The position numbers were made by a program, and so were the translations under genes. Of a stretch of DNA of 64,000 nucleotides, positions 11,310 through 21,730 are shown one piece after another. Each line of letters begins with the position of its first letter. The first letter of the stretch is position 1. Source of the stretch: Epithemia pelagica (lineage: Eukaryota > Protista > Bacillariophyta); contig OX337240.1 of NCBI GenBank assembly GCA_946965045.2, positions 2,170,001-2,234,000 of the forward strand, read 5' to 3'. Under the pieces are notes generated by a model. It saw only the letters and a program-made list of their open reading frames with translations, was not told the DNA's origin and ran no database searches.

Positions 11310-13144
11310 AGTCCCAAGCTGTCGACAAATGGCAGAACAAAGTTCACAAATCGTCGGCTCTACGATGACGACGATGATCTGTATCGAGGTTGTTTATCGT
11401 TGTGTTCAATGGGGGAGGAGGCAAAATCTCCACAAATTTGGACTTCTCTCTCGGTGCCCTTCCCAAGATTGGCATGTGATGGTGGACGACTTGCAATAGA
11501 AGTGTTTGGCCAAATATTTTGTGATTACTTATGAATGGCGCATGGGCACGTGGTCATAATTGATAAATGAGATGTCAACGGACAAAATTCTGACTGACAT
11601 GCGCTCACATAATCCTAAATAGTTAGACACTCTTATTGGACGGCAATACCAGCTGCCTCCGCTCGAAACAGAATTTGGCCACTTTCTTGTTTTTGAACGC
11701 TTCGAACTTCGAACCAACAATCATGTCCTCATCGTCATCCTCCTCGATCTTTGAGATTGAGAATTGAGACCTCAAGAGCTTATCTTCGAAGATCCTTCAG
11801 GTATATCGTCTCCAGATTGGACGACTCTCCCGCAACCCTCTCACATCATGACGCTCAGTCTCGATACAAATCTGTTGCCGTGACGGAGAGATGCCTCTGA
11901 ACAATTCTACTTCAGACAGGGGCTTCAAACGAACCGAACTAAGAGCTTCAATGTGAGGATATTTGTTCACCGTGGAGATGATGGGAGGTATACCGCATCT
12001 TGGGATATCATTATCTAGAATCTCTTTCGCAGTTGATGTTGGTCAATGTCTAGTTTCTGCACTTAGTTTCAGAGCAGATTGTTCTAAGAATGATATTGAT
12101 GAAAATATAATTGGGTAGTCATGTGACAGGCAGAATTCCATATCTTGTTATGATATTTACTTCTATAATACAAGGAGATTGAATACTTCGCACCTGCGAT
12201 TGTCTCTTTGCGTCCGATATGCGTTTCATCGCTGTCCTACAGGACACTCACAACAGATGCTCCAAGAATGGAGAGCGTCGTGGTTCGGCAATACCGTTTG
12301 AATTTCCATGAGAATGAAATCATGGATACCGCAAGACATATGTGAAGCAAGATGTGCTTCACATGTTTCTCTTGATGATGTAAATTTCTTGTTGCTTCGT
12401 GTCCTATTTTTGTCACGAGAAGTTGATGTTGGGAGTTGGGAGACTGGACCGACACATGTTGTTTAGAGTGGTAATAGGAGTAGGATGTCGTTTACATTTT
12501 CAAGGCCAACGCAAGTTCTCTGTTTCCAGGGAAGAGCTCATTGAACATCGTGTTGTGGTGGTTTGCGTTTGCGGTCCTTTCCTCGGCCTCATCGTCTGGT
12601 CGACGGCGCGATAAGAAGATAAATAGTTCTCTCGCAGTTCTCGCGAATGCAAAGACCTTCATTTCGGCGCCTCGACATAGACCCAATCCGTGTCTAGTTT
12701 CCTATCGCCTTGGGACACACATTCAAAGAGCACAACATATTGACTTTTATGGGTCTTGTAGATAGAGTGTATACGAAAGATTTACACATTCGTGACTTAG
12801 CTTCCAAGAATAAGTGCCGCAAAGAATAGTGGTGCGGAAGCTGATGCGCGTACGCCGGCTTGTTCGAACGGAGACAGAACGGAAGCTGTCCAAATTTTTG
12901 GTGACCCGTTGCGGTGATTGGGGCCATGGGATTGCATATTTTATCTATTTTGAAATTTCGCTATCCCTCTCACTAATCCAACAACAAATCCATACAACGG
13001 GGCACCTGTTTGCCATCGTGGGTGAGAGAGCCAAGGCTGAACCTCAGGAAGTACTTGTGCGTTTCATTCCATCCAGCATACTGCATTTCGAATCGGCCTC
13101 TCGGGTGAATACAAAGGACCATTAGATGCACAGGGAAATAAACC

Positions 13145-14440
13145 ATGATCTTCTGCGGGGCTGGAAACTCAACATTGCAACTTGCGGAAAGAGCAGCTGA
13201 AGCGGTCAATAAAATGCTGTCAGTAGGTGCAGTGAATTGGGAGGAAGAGCAGGATGACGAGATCAAAGTAGAGACTGCAAATGCATCGATCGAAGAATCG
13301 AAAACATGCAATACAAACGAAGCGCATGGTACATACTCGTCACACTTTGACGTTGGCAATCTGGACGTGTCATCCATTGATATTTTTGCGGAAAAGCTCC
13401 GAGTCTCGACCAAAGAGGTGGCAAACGAGAGATTCGGCTGCAGCTTGACATGGTGCAATGGGAGGGAACCAAAAACAGAGGGAGGCAGTATTCTGGATGG
13501 TACCATGAGATTTGTTCCTTTTGAGCTAGGGTCTGTCGGAACCAATGGCAAAGAGAACCAACAAAACGATCGAAGTATATCTCTTTCTAGTAAGGTACGG
13601 TATCAGCCACATCCTTCAGAATATCGTCGACAAACGAGAAAGGGAGAGACCAACTACAACGAACGAGGGGAACAAATATATCCGTCGGAAATAGTGGTTT
13701 ACAAGCCCAAACGACCGTGGGCTTCAAGTGGTAAGGGTAAGCAGCCACCGGAGCTACAAATATCTTGGTCGGTAGAGAAAAATCTGGAAATGGGAAATAT
13801 CGACCAATGGACAGGTTGTTTGCTTAGAGACAATGTTGAGATTGGTTGGATTACAATGTACAGTATCAGCCAACGAATAAACAGAAAACCCAAAATTAAC
13901 GACGCGGCTGTGTCACTCTTTGTGGAACATTTCATACTACCCGCTAATAATCCGTTGGGGGCAGGAGACGAGACAAGCGGAAGAGGGGCCCAAACTAACG
14001 GACAGAAACGGGACAACACACACGCAACAAATTCCAAGCAAGTGGGGGGAACAAGCTTATCGTCGGAAGGTGGAGGCATCATGACCTTGTCAAGAATGCT
14101 TGCAATTGGCCCTATCTTCCTGGTTACCGATATAACAATACAGCCCAATCATCGGGGAGTTGGTTTTGGTCTTTTCCTACTTGATGGAGCTTGTCGGAGA
14201 GTTGCAGAGTCATTCTCGCTTGTGATTGTATCACTTCGAGAAGCAGTTGATGAGACTCTCAAGGCCTACATTGGGTTGCTCGGCTTTACATGCTTGGACG
14301 GTCGTGAAGACTTTGTAGGGAGGCGGAACGGTCGCCATTCCCCATGCATTGAAGAGATTTGTCCTTATTTGCCAACACCAACTGGCATTGTAGCTGGAGC
14401 ACAAACTAACGCACCAACTCAGGCATCCACGAAGAAGTAA
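13145..14440 (+). CDS. GNAT-like acetyltransferase-domain protein, paralog 2 (431 aa)
   Basis: Motif ITIQPNHRGVGFGLFLLDGACRRV and block VYKPKRPW..LQISW. Confidence 0.7.
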   Translation: MIFCGAGNSTLQLAERAAEAVNKMLSVGAVNWEEEQDDEIKVETANASIEESKTCNTNEAHGTYSSHFDVGNLDVSSIDIFAEKLRVSTKEVANERFGCSLTWCNGREPKTEGGSILDGTMRFVPFELGSVGTNGKENQQNDRSISLSSKVRYQPHPSEYRRQTRKGETNYNERGEQIYPSEIVVYKPKRPWASSGKGKQPPELQISWSVEKNLEMGNIDQWTGCLLRDNVEIGWITMYSISQRINRKPKINDAAVSLFVEHFILPANNPLGAGDETSGRGAQTNGQKRDNTHATNSKQVGGTSLSSEGGGIMTLSRMLAIGPIFLVTDITIQPNHRGVGFGLFLLDGACRRVAESFSLVIVSLREAVDETLKAYIGLLGFTCLDGREDFVGRRNGRHSPCIEEICPYLPTPTGIVAGAQTNAPTQASTKK

Positions 14441-14631
14441 TATAGATTGTTCATTATTCATACGGCTACTACTCCTATGAGAAAAATGGCTCAATTATAT
14501 GACTACGGTAGCGTCATCCGAGAGGACTATTGTGAGAAAAATTAACGCGGTGGTCACAGCGAATGAAGCTCGCCTGGCTCAAAGACAGTTGACCCGGCTT
14601 GCAGTTGCAGTCTCCCGAATCTCGAATCTTA

Positions 14632-14809
14632 TGTCTTATTCTACTTGATAGAATCCGTTCCAAAGAAAGACTAAGATAAGCGTTACAACTACATCCATCG
14701 CATAAAACCAGTAAAGTGGCCCCCCGGCCGTAAGGCCCAATCTACGTCGCCATAAGGCCCAATCTACGTCATGCTGACGTATCAATCCCGTATCGACCAG
14801 AATGAGACA
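14632..14809 (-). repeat. 3' LTR (178 bp)
   Basis: Direct repeat of 19526-19703. It contains an 18-bp unit TAAGGCCCAATCTACGTC twice at a 22-bp period. Confidence 0.95.
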
Positions 14810-14855
14810 GTCCCCGCCAGTGGATCAACCAATGAGAGTTGAGTTACTGGCCCCA

Positions 14856-17438
14856 TTAGAGGTGTGCGGGATTGGTCCCATTGGTAGATAAGGACGGAGG
14901 ACCGCCTGCCCCGAAAGCGGCCGAATACGTAAACTGCGAAATGAGAATATTCCGACGTTCCCGTGGTAAGATCTTGGTGAAAAGATCAGCGATGTTGGAT
15001 TCAGTATCTTCCTTGCCCACACGGATAATAGATGCCGCTGCTGCCTCGCGTACCGAGTGGTAGTTGATAGCATTGTGCCTCTTGCTCAAGACTGAAGACG
15101 GGAGACTCGTGTTTTTCACGACACCCCGGTTGTCACAGAGAACACTCGCCGGACCAACCAAAGGAACCCCAAACATCCGAAGTTTGTACCGTAATGCGAC
15201 GATCATTTCCTTGGCGATACGAAGCGCGACAAATTCGCTGCCAAAACTTGAAGTTTCAACGGTATTTTGCCTCTTGGAGTACCACAAGATGGGAGCATTT
15301 TGCACAAAGATGAGTATACCGGTGTGAGATCGACGAGTGACAACGTTTCCAGCATGGTCAGCATCCACGAAACATGTGATACTGACAGGACGCCCCAATG
15401 GTGGAGGCATTTTACTTGGAATCTCCTCGGCAACTTCGCCGTAAAACTCTTTCCAATCGTCAATTGGCACTTGGGGAAAACATGACTCATCCAGCACCAC
15501 GTCCTTTGGATCAAAGACCAGCTTCAGCTTCGAGTGCGACTTGAGGAAAGCAAATATGTGATAGACTGCCTCCAAGTGACCGACCCTCGGGTTTGCCAAG
15601 AATTGTGAAAGAATGGACACTTCCAAGTAGATGTCCACTCGCCCAATCTCCACGGCCCAACGTAACACACCAATCAACTGTTGATACCGCGACGTTAATG
15701 CTGCGTTGAGTTCTGGGGTTGTGTCCAACTCCGGCTTGTAAGAAGAGACAACCGGTACCTTGGCCGTCGTTTTAAGGTGTTTCCCGTCCCCGTCTTCCTT
15801 GAGAAGATCTTCCACGATTCGAATCGCGTTGGCGACATATTTTTCACTGGACATGCCCCATGCCCATGACCCGCTTGGCAAGTTGTGTTTATATATCTGA
15901 GCGCCGAGATACACTGTTGGCTCACCCACGCTCCCTGCTTTGATCTTGTAATGTTTATCAATCTCGTCAAGTACCGGATGCGGATCTTCGCTTACCAGTA
16001 GTATGTCATCCACATAGACTAATATGATCTCATAATATTCCTCTCCCGAGCTTCTCCTCGCCTTCCTCCGTAGGACACATGGATCCGCTTGGGTGTCAAT
16101 GAAACCCATATCATAAAGGGTCACCATGAGCGTGGCCCGCCAACTTGCACCGGAGGATTTCAGCCCGTATAGGGCCCTTACCATGACACAGACCTTTCCC
16201 TGAAACTCGTTCCCCACTTCCGGACCCCCATGAAACCAAATCTTCTCTCGACATGGCGCATTCAAGTAGGCATTACCTATATCACACGCGAGTACCTTTA
16301 GCCCATTGAGTGCGGCAATGAGAAAAGCAATCCTGATTGAGTCTCGGCTGACGACGCTCGAGTAGGTCAGGCTTGACGGCGCGTCAGTCATATGCCCCCC
16401 TGCCACGAGCCGTGCCTTCCTGGTAAGATCCATTTTTATGTCAAAAACCATATGACATTTAATTTCCGTATACCCGATAAGCTGCCGCCCTGCTCGTACC
16501 TCTTCTAGATCCAGATCGTCCCTCGCTTCCCATGCTACCTTCACTACCCTGAGCTCCTTGTCTATCGCATCCCTCCAGAAGGTAGTTCCAGTTACCTCAT
16601 CAATCTTTAGTGCCTCTTCAACCGAATGGGGTAGCTTTATCCCATATTTCTCCGTGGTCTTCCAATATTTCTTCTTCACTTTCTTCACCATCCGACGCAT
16701 ATGGTTTAGCGTCTGTGGCACCCACCACTTGAATGCTGGTTCTTCCACTAGCCCTTGTGCGACCGCGTACTCTGCCAACTCGACTGCGTACCCATTTTTC
16801 GCGTCCCTAAGAGGTATCCACATTTGCGTCCCGTCTCGACATTCGACAGCTATTTCCCATCCTTTCGTCGTTTTCTTCGGGTGCCGATTCCCGTTCTGTC
16901 CCACATGGTATCCGTCCTCGATGGCCACAGCGTCCCCGTTTTTCCTGTGACCGACGATCTCCTGTATAACGACGTATCTCTTTCCCTCCGTGTCCAGCTG
17001 TGAATAGAGATTTTCCGCCACCAAGTTGGCAGTGTATTCCTGTATCACGCCACCAGGAAAGCTTACCTGGTACGTTCTTGTGTCGAATTTCGGGTTTCGA
17101 TTGAACTTTCCTACTGGCTTGCCATCTAACCCTTTTTGCCGTTTTTCCACTGTGCCAAACATCTGCTCACCTCCCATCTCGACTTGTATCTGTGCTCCGA
17201 TGTACTCGTCGTATCCTTCCCCGTGCAAATCGGCCTCATCTGTCTCCTCGACGATCATGTCACCATATTCGTCGTCCGTTGGGACGATCCCGACACGTCC
17301 CCGTCTTTCCTCTTCCGGTTCTACATCCTCGAGATAACCCGGCCCATTTCCTTCTTCATCGGTGAAATTCTGATCGTCTAACCTCTCCTCAACAATCAAC
17401 TTGAATTGTTTGACCCTTTCGGCAATGTCTGGCCACAA
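14856..17438 (-). CDS. pol: Truncated pol: chromodomain-like region, RT and RNase H
   Basis: RT motifs KARLVAGGH, DIGNAYL, LYGLKSSG and YVDD; RNase H motifs FVDADHAG and NIADLFTK. No PR or IN catalytic motifs are present, and the frame begins at a TTG shortly after a stop. Confidence 0.9.
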   Translation of the reverse strand: MWPDIAERVKQFKLIVEERLDDQNFTDEEGNGPGYLEDVEPEEERRGRVGIVPTDDEYGDMIVEETDEADLHGEGYDEYIGAQIQVEMGGEQMFGTVEKRQKGLDGKPVGKFNRNPKFDTRTYQVSFPGGVIQEYTANLVAENLYSQLDTEGKRYVVIQEIVGHRKNGDAVAIEDGYHVGQNGNRHPKKTTKGWEIAVECRDGTQMWIPLRDAKNGYAVELAEYAVAQGLVEEPAFKWWVPQTLNHMRRMVKKVKKKYWKTTEKYGIKLPHSVEEALKIDEVTGTTFWRDAIDKELRVVKVAWEARDDLDLEEVRAGRQLIGYTEIKCHMVFDIKMDLTRKARLVAGGHMTDAPSSLTYSSVVSRDSIRIAFLIAALNGLKVLACDIGNAYLNAPCREKIWFHGGPEVGNEFQGKVCVMVRALYGLKSSGASWRATLMVTLYDMGFIDTQADPCVLRRKARRSSGEEYYEIILVYVDDILLVSEDPHPVLDEIDKHYKIKAGSVGEPTVYLGAQIYKHNLPSGSWAWGMSSEKYVANAIRIVEDLLKEDGDGKHLKTTAKVPVVSSYKPELDTTPELNAALTSRYQQLIGVLRWAVEIGRVDIYLEVSILSQFLANPRVGHLEAVYHIFAFLKSHSKLKLVFDPKDVVLDESCFPQVPIDDWKEFYGEVAEEIPSKMPPPLGRPVSITCFVDADHAGNVVTRRSHTGILIFVQNAPILWYSKRQNTVETSSFGSEFVALRIAKEMIVALRYKLRMFGVPLVGPASVLCDNRGVVKNTSLPSSVLSKRHNAINYHSVREAAAASIIRVGKEDTESNIADLFTKILPRERRNILISQFTYSAAFGAGGPPSLSTNGTNPAHL

Positions 17439-19487
17439 TTCACTACCGATATGCCATGGCGGCTACTCCCCGAATCGTCCCCATAAGCCCCGTTCCCGAA
17501 CCTTCTCCCATTGGTGCTTCCGCGCTCTCCCTGAGTATTGCCGTCACTTCCCCTATTGCCGTCACTTCCCCCATTGCCCCCGCTGGTGGTGCGATTCCCC
17601 TCGTTGGTGATATCCGTGATGACGGATTGGTTCTCCATTTGAATTTCGGCGACCCCACGGCCTCCACCACCATGTCGTCCACCACCGTGTCCTCGTCCAC
17701 CGCGACCACGTCCCCGGCCACCGAAAGTACGGCCGCCACCACGACCGCCCTGTGCTCGAACACGTTCCCGTTCCTGATGGATGTAAGCTTGGCCACTGGG
17801 ACCTAACAAGTTCATTTCTTGGCTTGAGAATCGGCGGGTGACATCAGTCACGTCCACGCCAAAGAAGGTGTAAACGCCATTGTTCTGCTCAAGGCCAGTA
17901 AAATTGCGCGGCCGATTACTTGATGTGGCTTCCGAAACAAAGCGGTGACGTCCTTGGTTGCGACGGTTCCCGACAGCGACATCCGGGTAGATGTCAGATA
18001 TCTCTCGAGAGATATACGCAATAGCCCCTTGAAGATCGGTCCGGTGGTTGCTTCGAACGTACGATTTAATCACAGCGAACTCTGCTGTCGCCACCTTCAT
18101 ATTGTCGATGAGAATCTTGACCTGGTTCGCCGTAGACCGGCGATTTGGGGTGCTATCCAACGTCCGAAAAGCACGCAATAGTTGTGCCGAGTACGAGTCA
18201 AAGCTAAATACACGTTCGTTTTGATAGACCACCGTTTCTAAAATAGCTTCAGCCTTGGAGATGCGACGCTCCTTCTGTCCCCCCCCATCGAAATGATCGA
18301 CCAATGCCATCCATGCGCGTCGACCATCTTGTGAAGCCTGGAAAGGCTGAATCCACGTCGCAGGTTGATCCTTGACAAGGTCACTCAATAGGCGAAACAC
18401 TTCCTTGTTGTCTTCTTTGAAGTACGGCCCACCTAGAGGGTAGCTATAGAGCTCTTGTTCCCTAGTGCTTGCAAAGACATGGGTAGGCGCTAAATCGGGA
18501 CGAATCACGTAGTCCAATGGTGCCTTCTGTTTTCCATAGATATGCGATAGGTAGGTTGGGAACTCTTGACTCCAATCCTCCCAGTCTTCTTCCTTGAGGG
18601 CAGAGGGCTTAATATCAGGTGCAGAGGATTTCTCCGACTGGATCTCCATCGCGTCCAGGGATTCGGCTAGGACAGCAGTTGTGAAGTCTCCGTAGTTAAG
18701 CGGACGGCCTTGACGACGCGCTCTGGCGGACCAGAAGCACATTCCTTGAATGTTCTTTACGACGCTTGAAGGAATCGCCACGTTGTGCGGGTACGGGCGC
18801 TTTTCCAGCCTCGACACCAGTTGGGTCACGTCATCCGATGTCATTCTTCCATATGACTCTAGGGTGTTAAGGCGTTCGGTATATTTCGAAAGGATTCGCG
18901 CCACATACACTAAGTGCCATTCCCACAGCAGAGAGGGGTGGTGGTGGTGCTGGAACGCCTGGAGGTATTCCATCTCCTCCTCCTCCTCCAGCGCCACCAC
19001 CGCCTGCTCCTCCTCCTCCGCCTCCAGCGCCGCCGCCTGCACCTCCTCCTGCACCTCCTCCTGCACCTCCTCCTGCAGCACCGCCGCCGCCTCCGCCTCC
19101 TGCGGCACCGCCACCATGTCCGCCTCCTCCCGCTCCCAGCGCACCACATCCTGCACCGGCTCCACCGCCGGCACCTCCCGTTCCGGCGCTTCCTGCGCCA
19201 GTCCCAGGCGCACCACCTGGTGCCGCCACTCCCGGGGCCGTTCCTGCAGCTGTCCCTGCTGCGGTTCCTCCTGTAGTTCCAGGTACACCTCCTGGCGGGT
19301 CACTCCCTCCCGCTCCCGTTCCCATACTTGCGCCATGGCGTGAAGTACGATCTCCTCCCCCATTCCCCGTGGCCCCGGGGTTCCCATTTCCGCTTCCGCC
19401 TCCACTTCCGCTTCCGCTTCCGCTTCCGCTTCCGCTCCTTCCACTTGCAGTTGCAGTTTTCGTATTCGATCGTGTCGATGTAGCCAT
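17396..19487 (-). CDS. gag: Gag, split over two overlapping frames (18867-19487 and 17396-19444)
   Basis: Copia gag-like PLDYVIR..ELYSYPLGGPYFKEDNKEVF and ALVDHFDG segments, with a G/R-rich nucleocapsid-like tail. Confidence 0.75.
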
Positions 19488-19525
19488 TCTTCGTTCTTCT
19501 TTACCAGACGATGGGTCTGATAAAC

Positions 19526-19703
19526 TGTCTTATTCTACTTGATAGAATCCGTTCCAAAGAAAGACTAAGATAAGCGTTACAACTACATCCATCGCATAAA
19601 ACCAGTAAAGTGGCCCCCCGGCCGTAAGGCCCAATCTACGTCGCCATAAGGCCCAATCTACGTCATGCTGACGTATCAATCCCGTATCGACCAGAATGAG
19701 ACA
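19526..19703 (-). repeat. 5' LTR (178 bp)
   Basis: Direct repeat of 14632-14809. Confidence 0.95.
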
Positions 19704-19940
19704 CTTAACGATGCGTTAACGTATACGCCTGGCGAGACCCACGTTACAGCAATACTAACGAAGGATTTATATTGTAGAGCACGGAGGGTAGTGTAACGTG
19801 CAAAAATATTGAATCGATTTGAAATCGTCACCTCACTTTTCAACAACAAGAGACGTTCAAACCGTAGGAAACAATCCAGAAGGACGACAAGCGGCGACAA
19901 CACGGCGTCGAGAATTGTTCCCTTCTGGAGGATCGAAGAG

Positions 19941-21152
19941 ATGCAGGTTAAGAATAGGTCAAAGAAACCATCAAACTCTCGCAACATGCGACGTAAAGAG
20001 GCCAAGAAACCAGCCAGCGAGCGGACTTCTTCAAAGCTTCATGAAGTCTTGGGCATGGCTATTTCCGATGTGTTTGGAGCCATCCATGCCCTTGTATGTC
20101 AGCCATGTGACTTGTCCACCGTCGGAATGACTTCGGACGAGTGCGCATCGTACGAGAACGCCAGGGTATCTGTGAACGTTATTGATGTTCCGCAATGGTG
20201 CCAAGAAGCCAATCAATCACCTGATCTTCCACCTGGTGCGGACGAAGTCTCATGTTTGACAGAGGCTCCAGAAAGTCCAATGAAAAACTCTCTACTCGAA
20301 AAATCAGAAGGTGTTAAGGCGGACAAGGACGATCATGAAGGAAAAATAGTTTTCCGTGACTTTGAGAGCAAAGCCGACACCGCTAGTCTAAGGGTCCTTG
20401 CAATTGACGGAGGAGATACGACTCTGAATACTTCTGGGTTTTCCGAGCTTCGATCAACTCCCTCCATGTCCTCGGACTTTGCGTTCAGTCAAAGGGAATG
20501 TGCCAACATTGATTTTAGTCGCGAATGCCGCATACAGTGGGCGATTCAGAGAAACGTTCTTCCTGGACTCGATCGATGGAAAGGTATTCTACGCCGAACA
20601 GCACAATCTGCCGAAAGTGAGGCACCGGCATTGGGATTAGTGCAAGGCTTCTGGATCAGACGACCCCAAAACAAGAATGGGAAGTTCACAACTCAACCTT
20701 TGTCTGTGTCACCAGATGAAGTCGACCTGGTGGCCCTACAAAACATGAACGCCTCTTTGGGTCATTTCTGGCGAACAGCAATGAGCAGAGGGTGGCCGAC
20801 CATCAATCACAAAAAACGTAAGGGAGCTGACAAAGAAAATCAGTGCATCAACGGTACACCTGCCGACGATATCTATTCAGCAAACGAATGTTGTCTTGTT
20901 GCCCATGTCTGGATCATGCCACAATATCGGGGAAATGGATGGGGCCTGATCATGGCAGACAAGGCGAGCCGCGTCATACCTCGTCGTTACAGAAGGAAGC
21001 GAGAGCAGCTTGTTGCTACATCTTCCAACACAACGGCAAACGATGCCCATGTTGTCTTGGCTCTTCCTCCGTACAACAAAAAGCTTCAAACCTACTTTGG
21101 AGAAAAAGGGGGTTGGAGTCAATGTTGGGATCCCGACCTTCTCACCAGGTGA
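19941..21152 (+). CDS. GNAT-like acetyltransferase-domain protein, paralog 3
   Basis: Motif VWIMPQYRGNGWGLIMADKASRV. The ORF is open from 19809 (TTG), the first ATG is at 19941, and the true start is uncertain. Confidence 0.6.
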   Translation: MQVKNRSKKPSNSRNMRRKEAKKPASERTSSKLHEVLGMAISDVFGAIHALVCQPCDLSTVGMTSDECASYENARVSVNVIDVPQWCQEANQSPDLPPGADEVSCLTEAPESPMKNSLLEKSEGVKADKDDHEGKIVFRDFESKADTASLRVLAIDGGDTTLNTSGFSELRSTPSMSSDFAFSQRECANIDFSRECRIQWAIQRNVLPGLDRWKGILRRTAQSAESEAPALGLVQGFWIRRPQNKNGKFTTQPLSVSPDEVDLVALQNMNASLGHFWRTAMSRGWPTINHKKRKGADKENQCINGTPADDIYSANECCLVAHVWIMPQYRGNGWGLIMADKASRVIPRRYRRKREQLVATSSNTTANDAHVVLALPPYNKKLQTYFGEKGGWSQCWDPDLLTR

Positions 21153-21730
21153 AAGAAGACCATCATCTTCACAAAACTCGTACAAGGCTAAAGAGAATTG
21201 ATGTACTAGATGTTCAGGCTACTTCCTGTCAGACGCACCCATTTATCATGTGGGACTGTCTCCTTCCCGAGGTTCATTTGGAATTTCGTGACAACTCTGG
21301 CTCATACAATGTCGACCAAAGTGCAACGCTAGAGGGATATTTCAATAGTAGCATAAACTAGCTTATGTGAGTGGAAAAATGTTGCCATCGTCCTGATTTA
21401 GCACATGCAACTCCTTGTGATGGCCATAACGCGACGCTTTGATAATCCTCAGGACATTGTCTTCTGACCTCGATGTAGAGGTCTGAGGCCGAACAATGAG
21501 ATAATTCAATCCACGATTCTACGAATGCAGAGCATATCACCAGGATAAGTGCAAGAAGACGTCTGACGCGCATGTCCAACCGTCACGAGGAAAAAACCGC
21601 ATCAATACAATTACATCTCGGTCCAACAGAACAATAACGACAACAGTACTTCCTCATGGCAAATGATATACCTGAACATCTAAATCCACCTCACACTGTT
21701 ACTGGGAACCAAGTACACATAGAGACATGG

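Larger units (their letters stand above)
14632..19703 (-). mobile_element. Ty1/copia (CoDi-like) LTR retrotransposon with an internal deletion of protease and integrase core
   Basis: 178-bp TG..CA LTRs at 14632-14809 and 19526-19703 look identical by eye. CTTA flanks both ends. A PPT-like GGCGGGGAC precedes the 3' LTR. Gag and RT-RNaseH ORFs lie inside. Confidence 0.95.

Noticed and set aside
11529-12927. Short ORFs between GNAT paralogs 1 and 2
   Set aside because: No coherent frame, splice pattern or motif was found.
18885-18897. TCC TTT CG (influenza PA-X-like +1 slip site) in gag
   Set aside because: It lies in the third reading frame, not the frame being translated.
18750-19343. 197-aa plus-strand Ser/Cys/Thr-rich ORF and neighbouring poly-Arg/His ORFs
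   Set aside because: These are antisense readings of the low-complexity gag 5' region.
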